From: Eledone cirrhosa
Lineage: Eukaryota
Assembly: GCA_964016885.1 (NCBI GenBank)
Contig: OZ024758.1
Coordinates: 28,396,001-28,460,000 of the forward strand
Direction: 5' to 3'
Length of the DNA stretch: 64,000 nt
Below are positions 12,286-25,954 of the stretch, piece by piece. The notes under the pieces were generated by a model. That model saw only the letters and a list, made by a program, of their open reading frames with translations, ran no database searches and was not told the DNA's origin. Made by a program: the position numbers and the translations under genes. Position 1 is the stretch's first letter. Every line of letters starts with the position of its first letter.

Positions 12286-14056
12286 ATATATAATTTTTGA
12301 TGATTTAGTGTTAAAGAATAAAAACTAATGATAAAATAAAAATATATTTTAAAAATGAGGCCCCGAGGGTGTGTGTGGCCCTAAGCTATAGCTTTTTTAG
12401 CTTATAGTTAAGTTCGGCTCCGTGTAATGCATGAAATTTAATGCCCCCCAAAAAGAGGAAATATTCAATAATTATTTGAAATTTTTTTCTGATTAATCCT
12501 ATTATAGGTACTAGTATTTTGAAACTAGTGATATAACAAGTGATTATTAAACATTACAAATAAAGACAGCTTTTCTGGAAATGGAATATTGGAATATTGG
12601 AAGTAAATTAAAACTAAAAATTAATATTAAAGAAAGACAAGTGAAATATATAATAAAATGGTGTGCTAAAAAGGTAAATGTTAAGAGCCCATTTAAACTC
12701 ATAAAATCAATGTTTAGCTTCATTTTCATTGCATTAAGTGGGTAAAGATAAATCTTCTTAATGGATGATACACCATTTTATTGCAGTTAACATTTTCATA
12801 TGATCTGGTCCCTATCGTCACATCTAGTTAAACTGTAGTATATAAAGATACAATAAAATTTCTGAACTGGATATAACCCATCAAGTCAAGATCTATGAAT
12901 CCATACATTATACACTGGGCTATTTTACCTCTAAAATATTTAAAAATTAAGTTGAAAATAGAATAAAGTTAGGAGTTTAATTAAAAGAGTTTTATTGTTA
13001 AACTATACATAAATCACTAGCTTTGGGTAGTAAACTGTGGTAAAATTCATCAAATGAACTAAAGAGGTTAATAATTCATGAACTCTCAGTTAATTTAGAA
13101 AACAAAGGAAATGACGAGTTTAAAACAATAAAAAAATCATTTAGATTATAGAAGACATTGCCTGAAACTAAATTGTTAACTGAATGAAAATAACTTATTG
13201 TAACAACTGATACAAATAGAATAGACATTTGAGAAACTATAAGAAAAACAAAGAGTATCTGGAGAATATAATGGTATTAAGGTCTTATCATGAATATATT
13301 TTCAGACAAACAATTTGATACATTTCAATAATGGCGATGCAAATTACAAAACTTGCCATCTATTCATAAGTTAACATATGATCTAAGTGCTTTGTTAGTA
13401 TGACACCATTGTAATGGCATTTCAAGTGTTGATAATGATGAGAATAGTGATTGCTGTAAGATAGCTCTTTGAATATAACTATTAATCTCACTATAACTAA
13501 AATAAATCTTCATTGTAGTTAAGCAATACAAATTATCATAGCTGAAATGACTCCTTTATGATGCAAGCAAATACAAACAAAGAGTAAAAATATTGATTTT
13601 GGTATCATTTACTTCACATAATCTATAAATATATAAAAAAGTAGATCATCTCCCAACTACAAAAATATAGCAATTTGTGATTCAATAATAATAAAATAAT
13701 TGTTAAAATATCTTTTATTAAAAAATATATATGCACTATCTATGTAACATCTATAATTGAAATCTCTATAAAAAGAGAGAAGGAAAAAAGATGAGTGAGA
13801 AAATGAGAGAGAAAAAAGGGAAATCTAAATCACAACACTGATAATTTGTTATAAACTGTAAAAGAAGAATAAGAAAATACTATTTGTTTAGTTCTGTTTA
13901 TGAATATAAAGCATATTTCATGCAAGATAAACAATTTATAAACAATTGATTATCTTCATATTAGCCATCATTGTATGTATGTTGTATCTCATTATGTTGT
14001 ATGTTGTATATACATGTGTGTGTTGTATGTTATATATACATGTGTTGTATGTTATA

Positions 14057-15352
14057 CAGGGTGCGGACGATATTTGTTTGCAAGATTACTGTCTAGGAAA
14101 AAGTAACACAGTGGTTTTATTTTTTAAGGTATATTTATCAAACTTGGGTCAGTTTGTCTTATGACTTGTTCTTTCGATCTCACTCGATAAACCTGCCATT
14201 GGCTTTGATGACGTCCTCAAGGTGGTCTCGGGACCGGCTACAGGCCTTCGTCACTGTCCCCCGACTTAGGCCCCTAAAGGCACTTGTGATCCTAGCCTTC
14301 AGATCGTCTTTCGTATTGCAGCTAGATCTGTTGGTGTCTCGTTCCACTACGCCCCACACAAAGAAGTCGAGGGGGTTGCAGTCAGGCGAGCTGGGAGGCC
14401 AGATGTCAGGTGAAGTGTGGTCAATGAAGTTCTCTGACAGCCAGGCTTGGGTCTTTCGGCTGGTATGGCAGGGCGCTGAGTCTTGCTGCCACATGTACAG
14501 CCTACCTGCAGCTAACTGGTTGATCCAGGGCTTTACTACCTCGCTCAGAACACGGATGTAGCCATCGATGTTCAGCTTGAGGCCTTCAGGGAAGAAGTGA
14601 GGTGGCATGACGTCACCTTGACTGCTGACGACACCTAAGACCAATGTTGTCGCTGGAAAATTTGTCTGCATGACTCTGGGCACGTTTTTGGATGAGACAG
14701 CGAGCCACCTGTTGTTCTGGGAGTTGATCTTCTGGTCTTGGCAGAAGTTTTTCTCGTCAGAGAAAAACCACAGCATGTCTGGCTCCAGTGGGTGTTTCAA
14801 CTTGTTGATCAGCTTCTTTGCATGCTTCAGTCGCTTTTCTTGCATCGCCTTTGACAGAAATTGTCCTTTCCTCATCTTGTATGAAACGTAGCAAATGTCT
14901 TCATGTACCACCAGTCTAATGAGCTTTTCATCCACGCCTTTCTCCCTTGCAATGGCTTGCTAGGTTCATTGTTGATGATATCCTGAAATTCAGCAACGAA
15001 CTCGGGCATTCTGAAGGCGTCAGATCATCGATCATGTGTTTTCCTCTCTGATGTTGCTTCGTAGTCGAATCTTGAATCTTCCAATTCCTTTCTGACCTTT
15101 TCCACTATTCTCCTGCTGACGCTGAGAAAGTCTGAAATTTCCTAATTTGTCCTCCCAGCGCGGATTCCAAGAAGAACTCCGTGTCTCTTCCAGAAATTTG
15201 GAAGTTCAAAATTATTTATAATCAATTATTCTGAAAATAAATAATGGAAATATAGCCACTGTTTTTATGAAGACAAGAGTGACAACGGAAGTAAAAAAAA
15301 TTTGCATAAAATTATCAGTTGAAAATTGCGAACAAATATCGTCCACACCCTG
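14057..15352 (-). mobile_element. Tc1/mariner DD37D (maT) transposon, near full length, defective
   Basis: TIR CAGGGTG(C/T)GGACGATATTTGTT, TA TSD; WFFSDEK, WQQD-x37-D (WPPSSPDCNPLD). N-terminal part has stops and a frameshift. Confidence 0.93.
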
Positions 15353-16356
15353 TATATATATATATATATATATATATACAGGATGTGTTGATTGTTATAT
15401 ATACATGTGTGTTGTATGTTATATATACATGTGTGTGTTGTATGTTATATATACATGTGTGTGTGTTGTATGTTATATATCATGTGTATATTTTATGGTC
15501 GTGTGTGTTGTATGTGATATATGTATGTGTATGTTATATGTTCATATGTATGTGTATGTTATATGTTCATATGTATGTGTATGTTATATGTTCATATGTA
15601 TGTGTGTTGTATGGTCATATGTATGTGTGTTATATGTATATATGTATGTGTATGTGTATATGTATGTGAGTTATATGTGTATATGTATGTGAGTTATATG
15701 TATATATGTATGTGTGAGTTGTATGTGTGTTATATGTATATATGTATGTGTATATGTATGTGTGTTATATGTATATATGTATATGTGTGTTATATGTATA
15801 TATGTATGTGTGTGTTGTATGTGTGTTATATGTATATATGTATGTGTGTATATGTATGTGTATGTGTGTGTTGTATGTGTGTTATATGTATATATGTATG
15901 TGTGTGTTGTATGTGTATATGTATATATGTATATATGTATGTGTTGGTTGTATGTGTGTTATATGTATATATGTATGTGTGTGTTGTATGTGTATATGTA
16001 TATATGTATATATGTATGTGTTGGTTGTATGTGTGTTATATGTATATATGTATGTGTATATGTATATATGTATATATGTATGTGTGTGTTGTATGTGTGT
16101 TATATGTATATATGTATGTGTGTGTTGTATGTGTGTTATATGTATATATGTATGTGTGTGTTGTATGTGTGTTATATGTATGTGTATGTGTGTGTTGTAT
16201 GTGTGTTATATGTATATATGTATGTGTGTGTTGTATGTGTATATGTATATATGTATATATGTATGTGTTGGTTGTATGTGTGTTATATGTATATATGTAT
16301 GTGTGTGTTGTATGTGTATATGTATATATGTATATATGTATGTGTATGTGTGTATG
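15353..16356. repeat. Compound TA/TATG/TG microsatellite
   Basis: Read directly. Confidence 0.95.
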
Positions 16357-16484
16357 TCGATAGTAATAATAATATAACAAAATAAAAGTGGTCCAGTGGA
16401 TGTTGAAGTATTTCCATATGAAAAGTATAAGTGGGAGGGACGGTGCGGTATGGCTTTTCTTTGTTTTCTTCCCCATATTGCAGT

Positions 16485-16820
16485 TTCAGAGGAGTTATTA
16501 GCACCAGTGACCAATCTGGTAGTTTGTCAAAGCCGAGGAGAGACCACAGCTCTGATATTACAGCCATGGGGTTAAAATGTTTCAGGAAAGAATCACTGGT
16601 CAGATTTTATGGGCAAAAACCAATCGCAAGAGACCCAAGGGTAGACCACTCCAAGCAAGATGGTTGGATAACATCCATGAGCTTGGCTGGTCACGCTTGG
16701 TGATCCAGCCGGATCAGTTGGAGATGGTTGCTACTGACAGGACCTACTAGAAGGAGTGTTTCAGGACTCTGCCTCCTCCATGACCCTTCCAGGAATAAGA
16801 GGACAAAGAAGAAGAAGAAG
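16485..16820 (+). mobile_element. RTE-like LINE 3' end with (GAA)n tail
   Basis: Degenerate KRPKGRP.ARWLDNIHELGWSRL..PDQLEMVA; homologous to 27765-28143. Confidence 0.75.
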
Positions 16821-17789
16821 TATAAGTGATTTGAAAGCATCCTGGGTAAAATATATGGATGGCTATTAGAATGTAAAGATGTGATGTCTAAAAAAACTGG
16901 CAAAGAGCAGAAACATCATATAATGTAGAATATAATAAAAATTAGAGTTGATCAAGAGTAAAACAGTTTTGAATGCATCCCTTTAGCTAATGTTTCAAAG
17001 ATAACGTATAAAGAAATAATCTATCTAATATTTAATGTAGTCATTTTATGTTGGTAATTGTAATCTTGCTTCACTGCACTTCAGTCATAGGATTTTGCTG
17101 GTTAGTGCTGCAATTTAATTTTGAAAAGCCATTTTTGATTAATCATTATTGAAGAGATTATGATTTTTAGATTCTGAATTTGTACAAGACAAATATGTTT
17201 AAATTTAAACATTAAAGTGTTTCTCTAAATCTATGGCAAGATCAATTTAAACTGTTTTCATAGAATTTGTTTGCCATTTTTTTATATTGCTATTGTAAAA
17301 TTATTAGAATATAAAAAGCAATTTGATTTTACAATAATTATATCAAGATTTTCTAATATAATTTTAAAGCAAAAATTGAAGCTATACATAATATTTTTAA
17401 GGATATTACAATCATTTAAAGTTCTAAATATTCTACTTGTACACTAAAAATAGTATTTTAGATAGTAGAACGGTAACTACTTCAAACAATATCACAACAG
17501 TAACTACTTTAAAAAAAGTTCTTCTCAAAATTAGAAACATGAAGGTGCATTTATAAATTAAAGTATGTCTAGATATTAACCTAGCAAATATATAATTTAA
17601 CAGTATTATCTTTAATATTGTCACTTTTGGTGGGATATTTTAAAATCAAGCAAGCCTACTGCATTAGATTAGATTCTATTGACACAGCTTTACATAAGTT
17701 AAGAACAGTTTATTATTTAAAAAAAAGGATTGAAAACACTAAGCACTGCAGAAAGACGTAAGGAATATGAGTTGCTTTTGCTATTAAGT

Positions 17790-19250
17790 TAGAAGAGGAA
17801 AGGTAACTTTAACCTTTGCTGGCCTGCTGAGGCTAGTGAGTTTGATACAGTTAGACATATATAGGTTAATGTCTGCAGGAAAAATGTTGGCGAAGAGAGA
17901 ATTCTAGAAGGTAATACTTCTTGGGAGGTAGGAATGAGTGAAGAGAGAAGAGACAATGGAAAAGCTTGACCTGGGTACAGAGAGCATATAACTAGCAGCT
18001 CAGAAAAGAGCAAAGGCTATTATAGAAATAATAGAAGAGTCACTGAGAAGATGTCAGAATGTATGTGAGATAGTGGATAAAGCATGTTAATAGTGAATCC
18101 TTGGCTTTCCTTTGGATATTTCTATATCTAGCATCAGCACCATATATATATGAGCAGTACTCAAGTGTTAGACTTACTTGAGCTTTCTAGAGTGGTAGCT
18201 TAAGGATTTTACAAATTACATGTCATGAAAAGGAATTCAAGTCTTTATGATATTGGTTTGTCAGAATTATATATATTTGAAAACATCACAAATTACAAAA
18301 CTTAACCTTTCTAGGGAGGCTTTTTCAGCTCAAGTGCTGTTAAGAGTATTTTTACCAACTCTGCAAAGTTGGTAAAAATACTCTTGGCAAGAGACAAGAA
18401 GGCTTTGCTGCAATTTTGTAGATGGAAGAATTTTCATGTGCTATGTGTGAAGGCATCATTTACTTCTCTAGTGATAGTCTTACAGTCATTGCAATGGTAG
18501 GTAAAAGTCTCCCATTCAAAAGTGGTGGGTGGTTTATTTCAAGTTTTATAGATTGTTTATTTTGCCTCAACTGCTCCAGCACAACTGTGAGTAAACCACA
18601 TGAGATCTGGAGGTTATGGACTTTGGTTTTATGCGGAATACAGATGGGACATACCTAGGAGGATGGATTCAGTCTATCACTTACCACAGAGGCGGAGTGA
18701 CTGAAACATACATGGGTAGTTGAGGTAAAATTGGTGGCAGAGGTGTAACAAGTTAGTTGAAGTGTCAGAGACGAGTACCATGTGAGTCCAATTGCTGTCT
18801 TGATTAAACAGTGATAGGATAATCAATTGGGTTCAAATATCTTGGTAGAGATTATGTTTAGAGGTGAGAAACAAATGAAGAGTATCAGTCTATTTAGGAT
18901 ATGAGTAGAGTTGGATACTAACAGGGGCAGACAACTGAGAGTAACACATGATTAAGCAGTGTGGAGGATAGTGTGAGAGAGAGAAGAGGGTTGTATATAG
19001 TTACTATGACTTCAAATAGAGGCGAGTTGAGATAGTTGAATTGTTGCTGTTGAATTGAGAGGTTTGAGGAGAGACAGAGACAAGATATGAAGGTGGAAAG
19101 AGGAAGGAAGACTGGAAGTCACTGTTACCAGGATTCAAGGAAGGGGGGAGTGAAGATGGGGGAGTAGATTTTACGTAAGAACTAACACTACTTTTTGGAG
19201 CACAGAGTACATGTTCCAGCTTAGATGGAAGAGATAAGCTAGAACGCTAG
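17790..19250 (-). mobile_element. Highly degraded LINE (CR1/Jockey group), internally deleted
   Basis: Remnants such as WFTHSCAGAVEAK and AFLSLAKSIF, plus an ORF2-like C-terminus near 17860-18030. Confidence 0.5.
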
Positions 19251-19533
19251 TAAACATTTAAATTAGTATCTTAGGTTAGTATGTTTTGTGCCATAGATGT
19301 ACTTTATGCCCCAGAATATTTCTTGATAAATTTATAGTTTATTTACTTTACTGAATTTCTTATGAATCAGATGAAGACTTTTTAAAATAATTTCATCATA
19401 CAGATGACAAAATGACTGAATACAATAACTTTTTCATTGTTGAAAGTAATTTGAGATTTGCTGTTTATAACTCATGCCCACTTATGTCTGAATTGCTACT
19501 GTGTGAATATTATCAAAGAAGGATTGAATATTA

Positions 19534-19730
19534 ACTTCTTGTTGTGTCAACAAGAGTGCCAGCTACAAAGGTTGGCTAGATGTGGTTTCGTCACAGCTGA
19601 ACATATTGCTATCTTTTCTCATTAAACTCTGCCAAGTCCAATGCTGTGCAGGGGTGTTCCAGCAGGGGGCATATCAGGAGGTGCTGCCTAATCTGTGGCT
19701 CAATGCTGCATCATCCCCATCCTTTAATAT
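19534..19730 (-). mobile_element. Vingi-like LINE 3' fragment
   Basis: Close match to 823-1030. Confidence 0.75.
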
Positions 19731-19986
19731 TAACACACAACATCCCCATCCTTTAATATTAACTAAAGCAATAGGATTAGTTGCTGTTGCAGTATTTGAA
19801 AATAGATATTAAAATCCAAGAATATTATATATAACTTAATTTCTTTTTGTCATGAACTAATTTATTCAGACTTGTGTCTTCATCTTGTTATAATTACAAT
19901 GTTTCAGTAACTGTATGCTGCAAAGCATATTCTTTGATGCTCTACTGATGCTGCCACTCCACCACATGCAATTTATAATAATTGTT

Positions 19987-20305
19987 GAAAGGCAAAGTTA
20001 ACCTCGGCAGGATTTGAACTCAGACCGTAAAGGGACGTAACTCTATGCTGGAAAGCAAGGCGTCCAACCCTCTACCGATACTGCCAACCCACCACTCTCC
20101 TACTCACACTCAATTTATAATAATTGTTTCTACTTTTGGCACAAGGCCAGCAATTACGCAGTGCATTACTGGTACTTTATTTTATCGACCCCGTAAGGAT
20201 GAAAGGCAAAGTTAACCTTGGCGGGATTTGAACTCAGAATGGCAAGAGCCGTAACTCTATGCGTCAAAGCATGGAGTCCGACCCTCTACCGATACTGCCA
20301 ATCCG
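19987..20305 (-). mobile_element. Two MetaSINE-type copies
   Basis: Same family as 10902-11212. Confidence 0.85.
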
Positions 20306-21702
20306 ATAGTTCTTCACTTCAGAAATTTAGACGAAATGTTTTTTTCTTTTTATACAAATTAGATTCTAGAAACTTCCAGAATAGAATGAATAAGAATAAT
20401 GAAAATTAAATTACAAAAATTATAATTTTCCCCAAATTTTAACATTTGTTTAAACTAACACAAAATACAGCAGCCATCTTATTTGAAGTTGAAAGCTAAT
20501 ATTTTTCTTGGAAAGAAAATTATGAAAAGAAAAGGATTTGAAGTTGTATTTGAAATATGAAATAGTTTGAGAAAGGTTAAGAAAAATATGTACTGAAGTA
20601 ATATACTGAATTATGTATGAAGTGTGAACTATTTACATTATGACCAATCATAAATATTGATGAAGACAGTGATGCTGTCATTGTTGTTTTAGAAATAAAT
20701 ATGTTATATTAAATATTATATAAACTCCTTCTTTTCATCTTCTTTGTCTCTAGATTTTGCTAGAAGAGATATTTATGAGAACATTTAGATTCAATAGATC
20801 ATTTATTCCCAATATCTTTTTATTCTGATGCATTTGATATAAAGGGAAACAAAATCAAAAAGAAAATGAAATTAGAAAGAATAGTGTTAAGTTTTAGAAA
20901 GTCTGAATATGTACACCACATGCACTTGGCCAGTCATGCACATAATTAGCAAGCTAAATATATATATCTAACATGCATATAATTTCATCATAAAAAGATG
21001 ACAAAAGCAGTGAGCTGGAGCTAACTACGATTCAAAATAGATATAAGCAAAATTGAGCAAAGTAGTAGCCCTTTTCATACTTATACATGTATCATAGTCT
21101 TTCGATTAAATTGAGGTTTTGATTTTGCATTTACACCGTATTAACGAATCCTTTACTTTATGATCAATTGAATAACAATAAATTATTTTAGTAATTAACA
21201 CAATTCAATTTTATTAATTGTTTTTTCATGAAAATGAATCTGCTCTAAAACCTTAGTTATAAAACTGAGGAAAGGGTTTTCTTTTTTTTGTTAATAAAAA
21301 ATGAAGAAAATCTTAAAAATTTCATCAACAAATTTAAATAGATGAAAAAATAATAATAAAATAATATATATATTGAATATTATTTTTAGAATGTTATAAT
21401 ATAATTTTAGAATGTTATAATATAATAGATTATTTAATATACCACATAATGTATAGGTATATATGTATTCATGTCTTAAGTGTGTACAGTAACTATATTT
21501 ATCTGTGTAATATGAACAAACTTTCTTAAACCAGACTTAAAGACAAAAGTGTGACAGCTCTATTTTACAAGAGGCTAAAGTTTACAAGCTTATTTCCTTA
21601 CTATGAATTGTTTTCAATATTAATAAGATTACGATCGATGCTGCTTCAATTTGTTTATTAATTAATAAAATTATAATAAATTCTAATAATTAAAAAAATA
21701 AT

Positions 21703-21736
<34 letters not shown>

Positions 21737-21751
21737 AATTTATGTATGTAT

Positions 21752-21816
<65 letters not shown>

Positions 21817-21935
21817 AAAAATCATGAAGTTTTGTTTGCACGTATTTAGTTTTTTTTTATTGTGTATTGATCTGCGAAATGTGCATAACAGGTCGATACA
21901 CAATAAAACACTAAATACATATAAACGAAGCTTGA
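21817..21935. repeat. Imperfect palindrome / fold-back (MITE-like)
   Basis: tatttagtttttttttattgtgtattgatctg ... caggtcgatacacaataaaacactaaata inverted arms. Confidence 0.65.
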
Positions 21936-22051
21936 TTGTTTTTCTCAATTTTGTGCATCACTTACCACAGAGCATCTGTTTGTGCATTGAGTGCTCGTTT
22001 TGGAACCACCACCAATAATTCAGTGAATGACATAGACTATATATATATACA

Positions 22052-22227
22052 CAGGTAAAATTCCATTATAACAAATATCATTATAACAAATTTTTCAGTA
22101 TAATGAAATTTTTTCCAATCCCTGGCCACATGCTCAATGTGTTAGGTCGATTTCATTATAAAAAATTTTTCGTTACAAAAAATTTTTTTTTATCCCCCAT
22201 GAATTTCATTATAATGGAATTTGACTG
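22052..22227. mobile_element. Tigger/pogo-like MITE
   Basis: TIR CAGGTAAAATTCCATTATAA...TTATAATGGAATTTGACTG within a TA run; internal CATTATAA repeats. Confidence 0.7.
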
Positions 22228-23316
22228 TATATATATACATTTGTATATATATATATATATATATACATATGTATATTCTGTTAGTGGTTATTGTTATTTT
22301 TTGGTGGTGGTCGTGGTATGGGTGGAGGGGATGAACTATGTTTATTCTGTACATTTAGATCTATTTTACGTTTCAGAGACGAATAGAGAAAAACAGCCTA
22401 CAGCAAATGTAATGGGGCCCTATACACCCTATTAAAAAATAAAACAAAAACATTTGTAAGTATTAATTATACACACAGTTCCACTAGTATATGTATGAAT
22501 ATTAAAACAAACATACTCTTAAACTCTTAGTGGAAATTGACTACAGGATAACAATGATACCTTTTTATTCCTTCGGATGTTAGAAAAAAATGGTCAAGTT
22601 GGTTTGATATGGGACTTCTCGAAGCTCTTGAATATAAATTCACTGTATTTCACTGAGTATTTGGACTTAATTATTCAAAAGTCAGTTCACTGAGCTATCA
22701 CAAAAAAAAAATGACCAGATCATCTGGAATTGTTAGTAACAATTGCTCACAGGTGCCTCTACGTACTTTTTTCATCTCCAAAGATACTTTACCTGATTTT
22801 ATCAACTATCATTATAGTACTTTGCGTTGGGATGCACACATTTAAATTTTGTATAACTATTTCATCAACAACTTCATCATCAGTTTTATGTCTGTTTATT
22901 CATGCTAGCATGGCTTAGACAAGACATTTTTGAAACATAATTCTCTGGCTAAATGCCCTTCCTGACGCCAACACTCACTTATTTTTTCTTTTTTAATTAA
23001 GGTGCAGGTTTTTGCACATCTAACTACTGAGCAGTGGGTTCTCTGTTTATGTAGAACAAACAGATATCAATCAGCAATGTCGAATATGAAGAGAAGAGAC
23101 AAACAGATACATATGTATACACACACAATGGGCTTCTTTCAGTTTCTGTCTACCAAATTCAATCACAAAGCATAAGTCAGCCCAAGTCTATAGAAGATGA
23201 CACTTAACCAGTATGTCCAATCAGTGGGATTGAACTGAAGACCGTGTGGTTATAAACTGAACTTTTAAACCACATTCTTATATCTGCACTCATGAGGCCA
23301 TTTGTATTCTTATAAT

Positions 23317-23843
23317 TATAATCGTTTCTACTTTTGGCACAAGGCCAGCAATTATTCCAATGCATTACTGGTACTTTATTTTATTGACCCCATAAGGATG
23401 AAAGGCAAAGCTAACCTCGGCGGGATTTGAACTCAGATAATATTTTTTTCTGATATAGGCACAAGACCAGCAATTTTTGAGAGGGGAAAGTCGATTAAAT
23501 CGACCCCAGTTTATTACTGGTCTTTTATTTTATCGACCCCGTAAGGATGAAAGGTAAAGCTAACTTTGGCAAGATTTGAATACAGAACATAAAGGGCCAA
23601 AACATGATGTTTGATGCTGTAACGAGACTGTCAATCCACCTTAATATTTGTTTCTACATTTGGCACAAGGCCAGCAATTACTCCAGTGTATTACTGGTAC
23701 TTTATTTTATTGACCCTGTAAGGATGAAAGGCAAAGTTAACCTCAGTGGGTTAATAATAATAATAATTTGCAATGTAAAGGGTCGTAACTCTGCCACAAA
23801 TCATGTTGTCCAATGCCCAACCAATACTGCCAATCTACCACCT
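23317..23843 (-). mobile_element. Cluster of nested MetaSINE-type fragments
   Basis: Three copies of the TACTGGTACTTTATTTTAT(T/C)GACCC core. Confidence 0.85.
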
Positions 23844-24155
23844 TACAATTATTATAATACAAATAATATAGATTGTTTTTTGTAATATTATTACAATTGA
23901 AGGTAGCACACTTAGTTACTTTGAATTCTATATATTAGATTCCTGGTTAAAAAACTATTAAAGAGATTAGATTATTACTAAACCAATTAGAGAGTAAATC
24001 TATGTTGTTGAGCTTCAGGCAAAATAACAAAATATCTTAGCTGTAATGAATTTATCATATAGATTTCTGATTAGGCTTAGTATATTATCTACTGTGAAAG
24101 AGTCAGTGTGTTACAAATATATCATATTTTAAACTTGTGTATACATGTGTTGGCA

Positions 24156-24404
24156 GAGAGGGGGAGAGAGGAGAGAGAGAAAGAGAGTGGAGAGAGAGAG
24201 AGAGGAGAAAGGGAGAAAGAGAAAGAAAGAGAGAGGGAGAAGGAGAAAGAAAGGAAGATTAAAAAGAGAGAAAGGAGAAAGAGAGGAAGGAGAGAAAGAA
24301 GATAGAGTGAGTGAAAAGGATAAAGAGAGAAAGAGAGAAAGAGAGAAAGAGAGAAAGAGAGAAAGAGAAAGAAAGGAATAAAGAAAGAAAGAGAGAAAGA
24401 AGAA

Positions 24405-24480
<76 letters not shown>
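24156..24480. repeat. GA-rich/(GA)n repeat
   Basis: Read directly. Confidence 0.95.
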
Positions 24481-24483
<3 letters not shown>

Positions 24484-24695
24484 CATAAATGAGTTCAGTT
24501 AAAACAATTTTTTAAAATTTCCAAATTTAGATCTTTTATCATCTTCTAAGAAAATGTTTCCTAATAAAATAATACTCATAAATAATTGCAACTTTCAGAA
24601 TAGCATATTGTAAATGACTTCTATTGCTTTAGTGGTTTTAGTTACTGGACTGTGGCCATGCTGGGGCATTGTTTTCAAGTGCTTAATTGAACATA

Positions 24696-24960
24696 AAACA
24701 GCACAGTTCCCATGACTTTCGGAAACATTTTTTCACGCTCAGAGTTGCTGAAGCATGGAACAAACTACCTGCATCAGTTGTTAGCTGTCGAGACACTGCA
24801 TCCTTTAAGGCCTCCATGCTTCCCGAGATCCGCCAACACTACAGCTAACACATACAAACATGTACTTCCCTGGCATTTGTGTATTATTCTATGTACTATA
24901 TTGACGAGTTGTAGTGCACCTGAGCACTTTACACAATAATTTCATTATTATTATTATTAT
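24696..24960 (+). mobile_element. CR1-clade LINE 3' end with (ATT)n tail
   Basis: KQHSSHDFRKHFFTLRVAEAWNKLPASVV; overlaps the end of 58288-58665 in sequence. Confidence 0.8.
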
Positions 24961-25292
24961 ATTGATCCCAGTACTTATTTTTGACTGGTATATATTTCAT
25001 CAACCTCTATTTGTTGATGAGCTGGCTAAGCCACAGGTGAAATGGAATGGCTCATTCAGCACATCTCCCATACCATCCTCCAGGGAAATTGCTCTCTATT
25101 CTGTCTGTTGGGGCCATGGGGTGGCCAGCGTGTGAGACCCTGTTTTCTCATTATTGTGAGAGATTGGGAGGGCGAGAGAGATGGAGGGGATGAGAGTGGG
25201 AGTTCGGTTCCTCTGTATTTGGACCTGGTGTACGTGTGTGTGTATACGTTTAGTTTTATTTATTCGATATGACAGTATCAAGTAGTATCATT

Positions 25293-25475
25293 AAAGAAGA
25301 AGAAGTAAAGAAGAAGAAGAAGAAGTAAAGAAGTAAAGAAGTAAAGAAGAAGAAGAAGAAGAAGAAGAAGTAAAGAAGAAGTAAAGAAGAAGAAGTAAAG
25401 AAGAAGAAGAAGAAGAAGAAAAAGAAAAAGAAAAAGAAAAAGAAAAAGAAAAAGAAAAAGAAGAAGAAGAAGAAG
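25293..25475. repeat. (GAA)n/(GAAAAA)n repeat
   Basis: Read directly. Confidence 0.95.
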
Positions 25476-25954
25476 TTCTTAGCCATGTAGCTGTTTCTAC
25501 ACCTAATGCAGAGTAATGTTTATAGATTTCTAGATGTACATGATATTTTTATTAACAATCTATTAAATTCATGTTTGCAATAGACAGTTATTGGACAAGT
25601 TTGAATGCAAATATTTGTACAAGTTTCATAAAATATTACAATGCTGTTATTGCAGATTTTTATGGTAAAATGATTTTATCTGTAAATAAACTTCAATATT
25701 ATAGAGAGGAATTTTATACAGGTGTAAATTAAATTTAAGCATTTCTTTTTATAATTTAGTTTCATTATGCCTGAAAAATCATGAACTTGATTTTTGTATG
25801 TTAATAATATAATAGAAGGCCTGGAGAGGAGATGGGCTCCACCAGGTTTATAAGTTCCCAAGAAATGCCCTATGTCACTACAACACCCCTATAATTCCAT
25901 CAAAAATTGTGGGTCCATACATACAATAGTAGATTGAAGGTAGCGAATTAGCAG

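Larger units (their letters stand above)
11671..12422. mobile_element. hAT-like MITE interrupted by nested insertions
   Basis: Termini CAGGGCCAGACTT...AAGTTCGGCTCCG (imperfect TIR) with subterminal GAGGCCC/CTAAGCTATA motifs. Confidence 0.5.

Noticed and set aside
12907-12930. 24-nt phase-2-open microexon (GKIAQCII)
   Set aside because: The acceptor is good but the AAT|gtatgg donor is weak; such matches are expected by chance in AT-rich DNA.
14180-14935. Active transposase gene
   Set aside because: The ORF lacks the N-terminal DNA-binding region, which carries stops and a frameshift at 14940-15200.
15267-16567. YI/CV/HT-rich ORFs (also at 36.8, 39.7-40.7, 47, 50 and 58.8-60.4 kb)
   Set aside because: They are translations of dinucleotide repeats.
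21966-22036. Exon with a strong GTAAGT donor (SMSFTELL...)
   Set aside because: It is 71 nt (frameshifting), the acceptor lies in a TA repeat, and it sits between MITEs.
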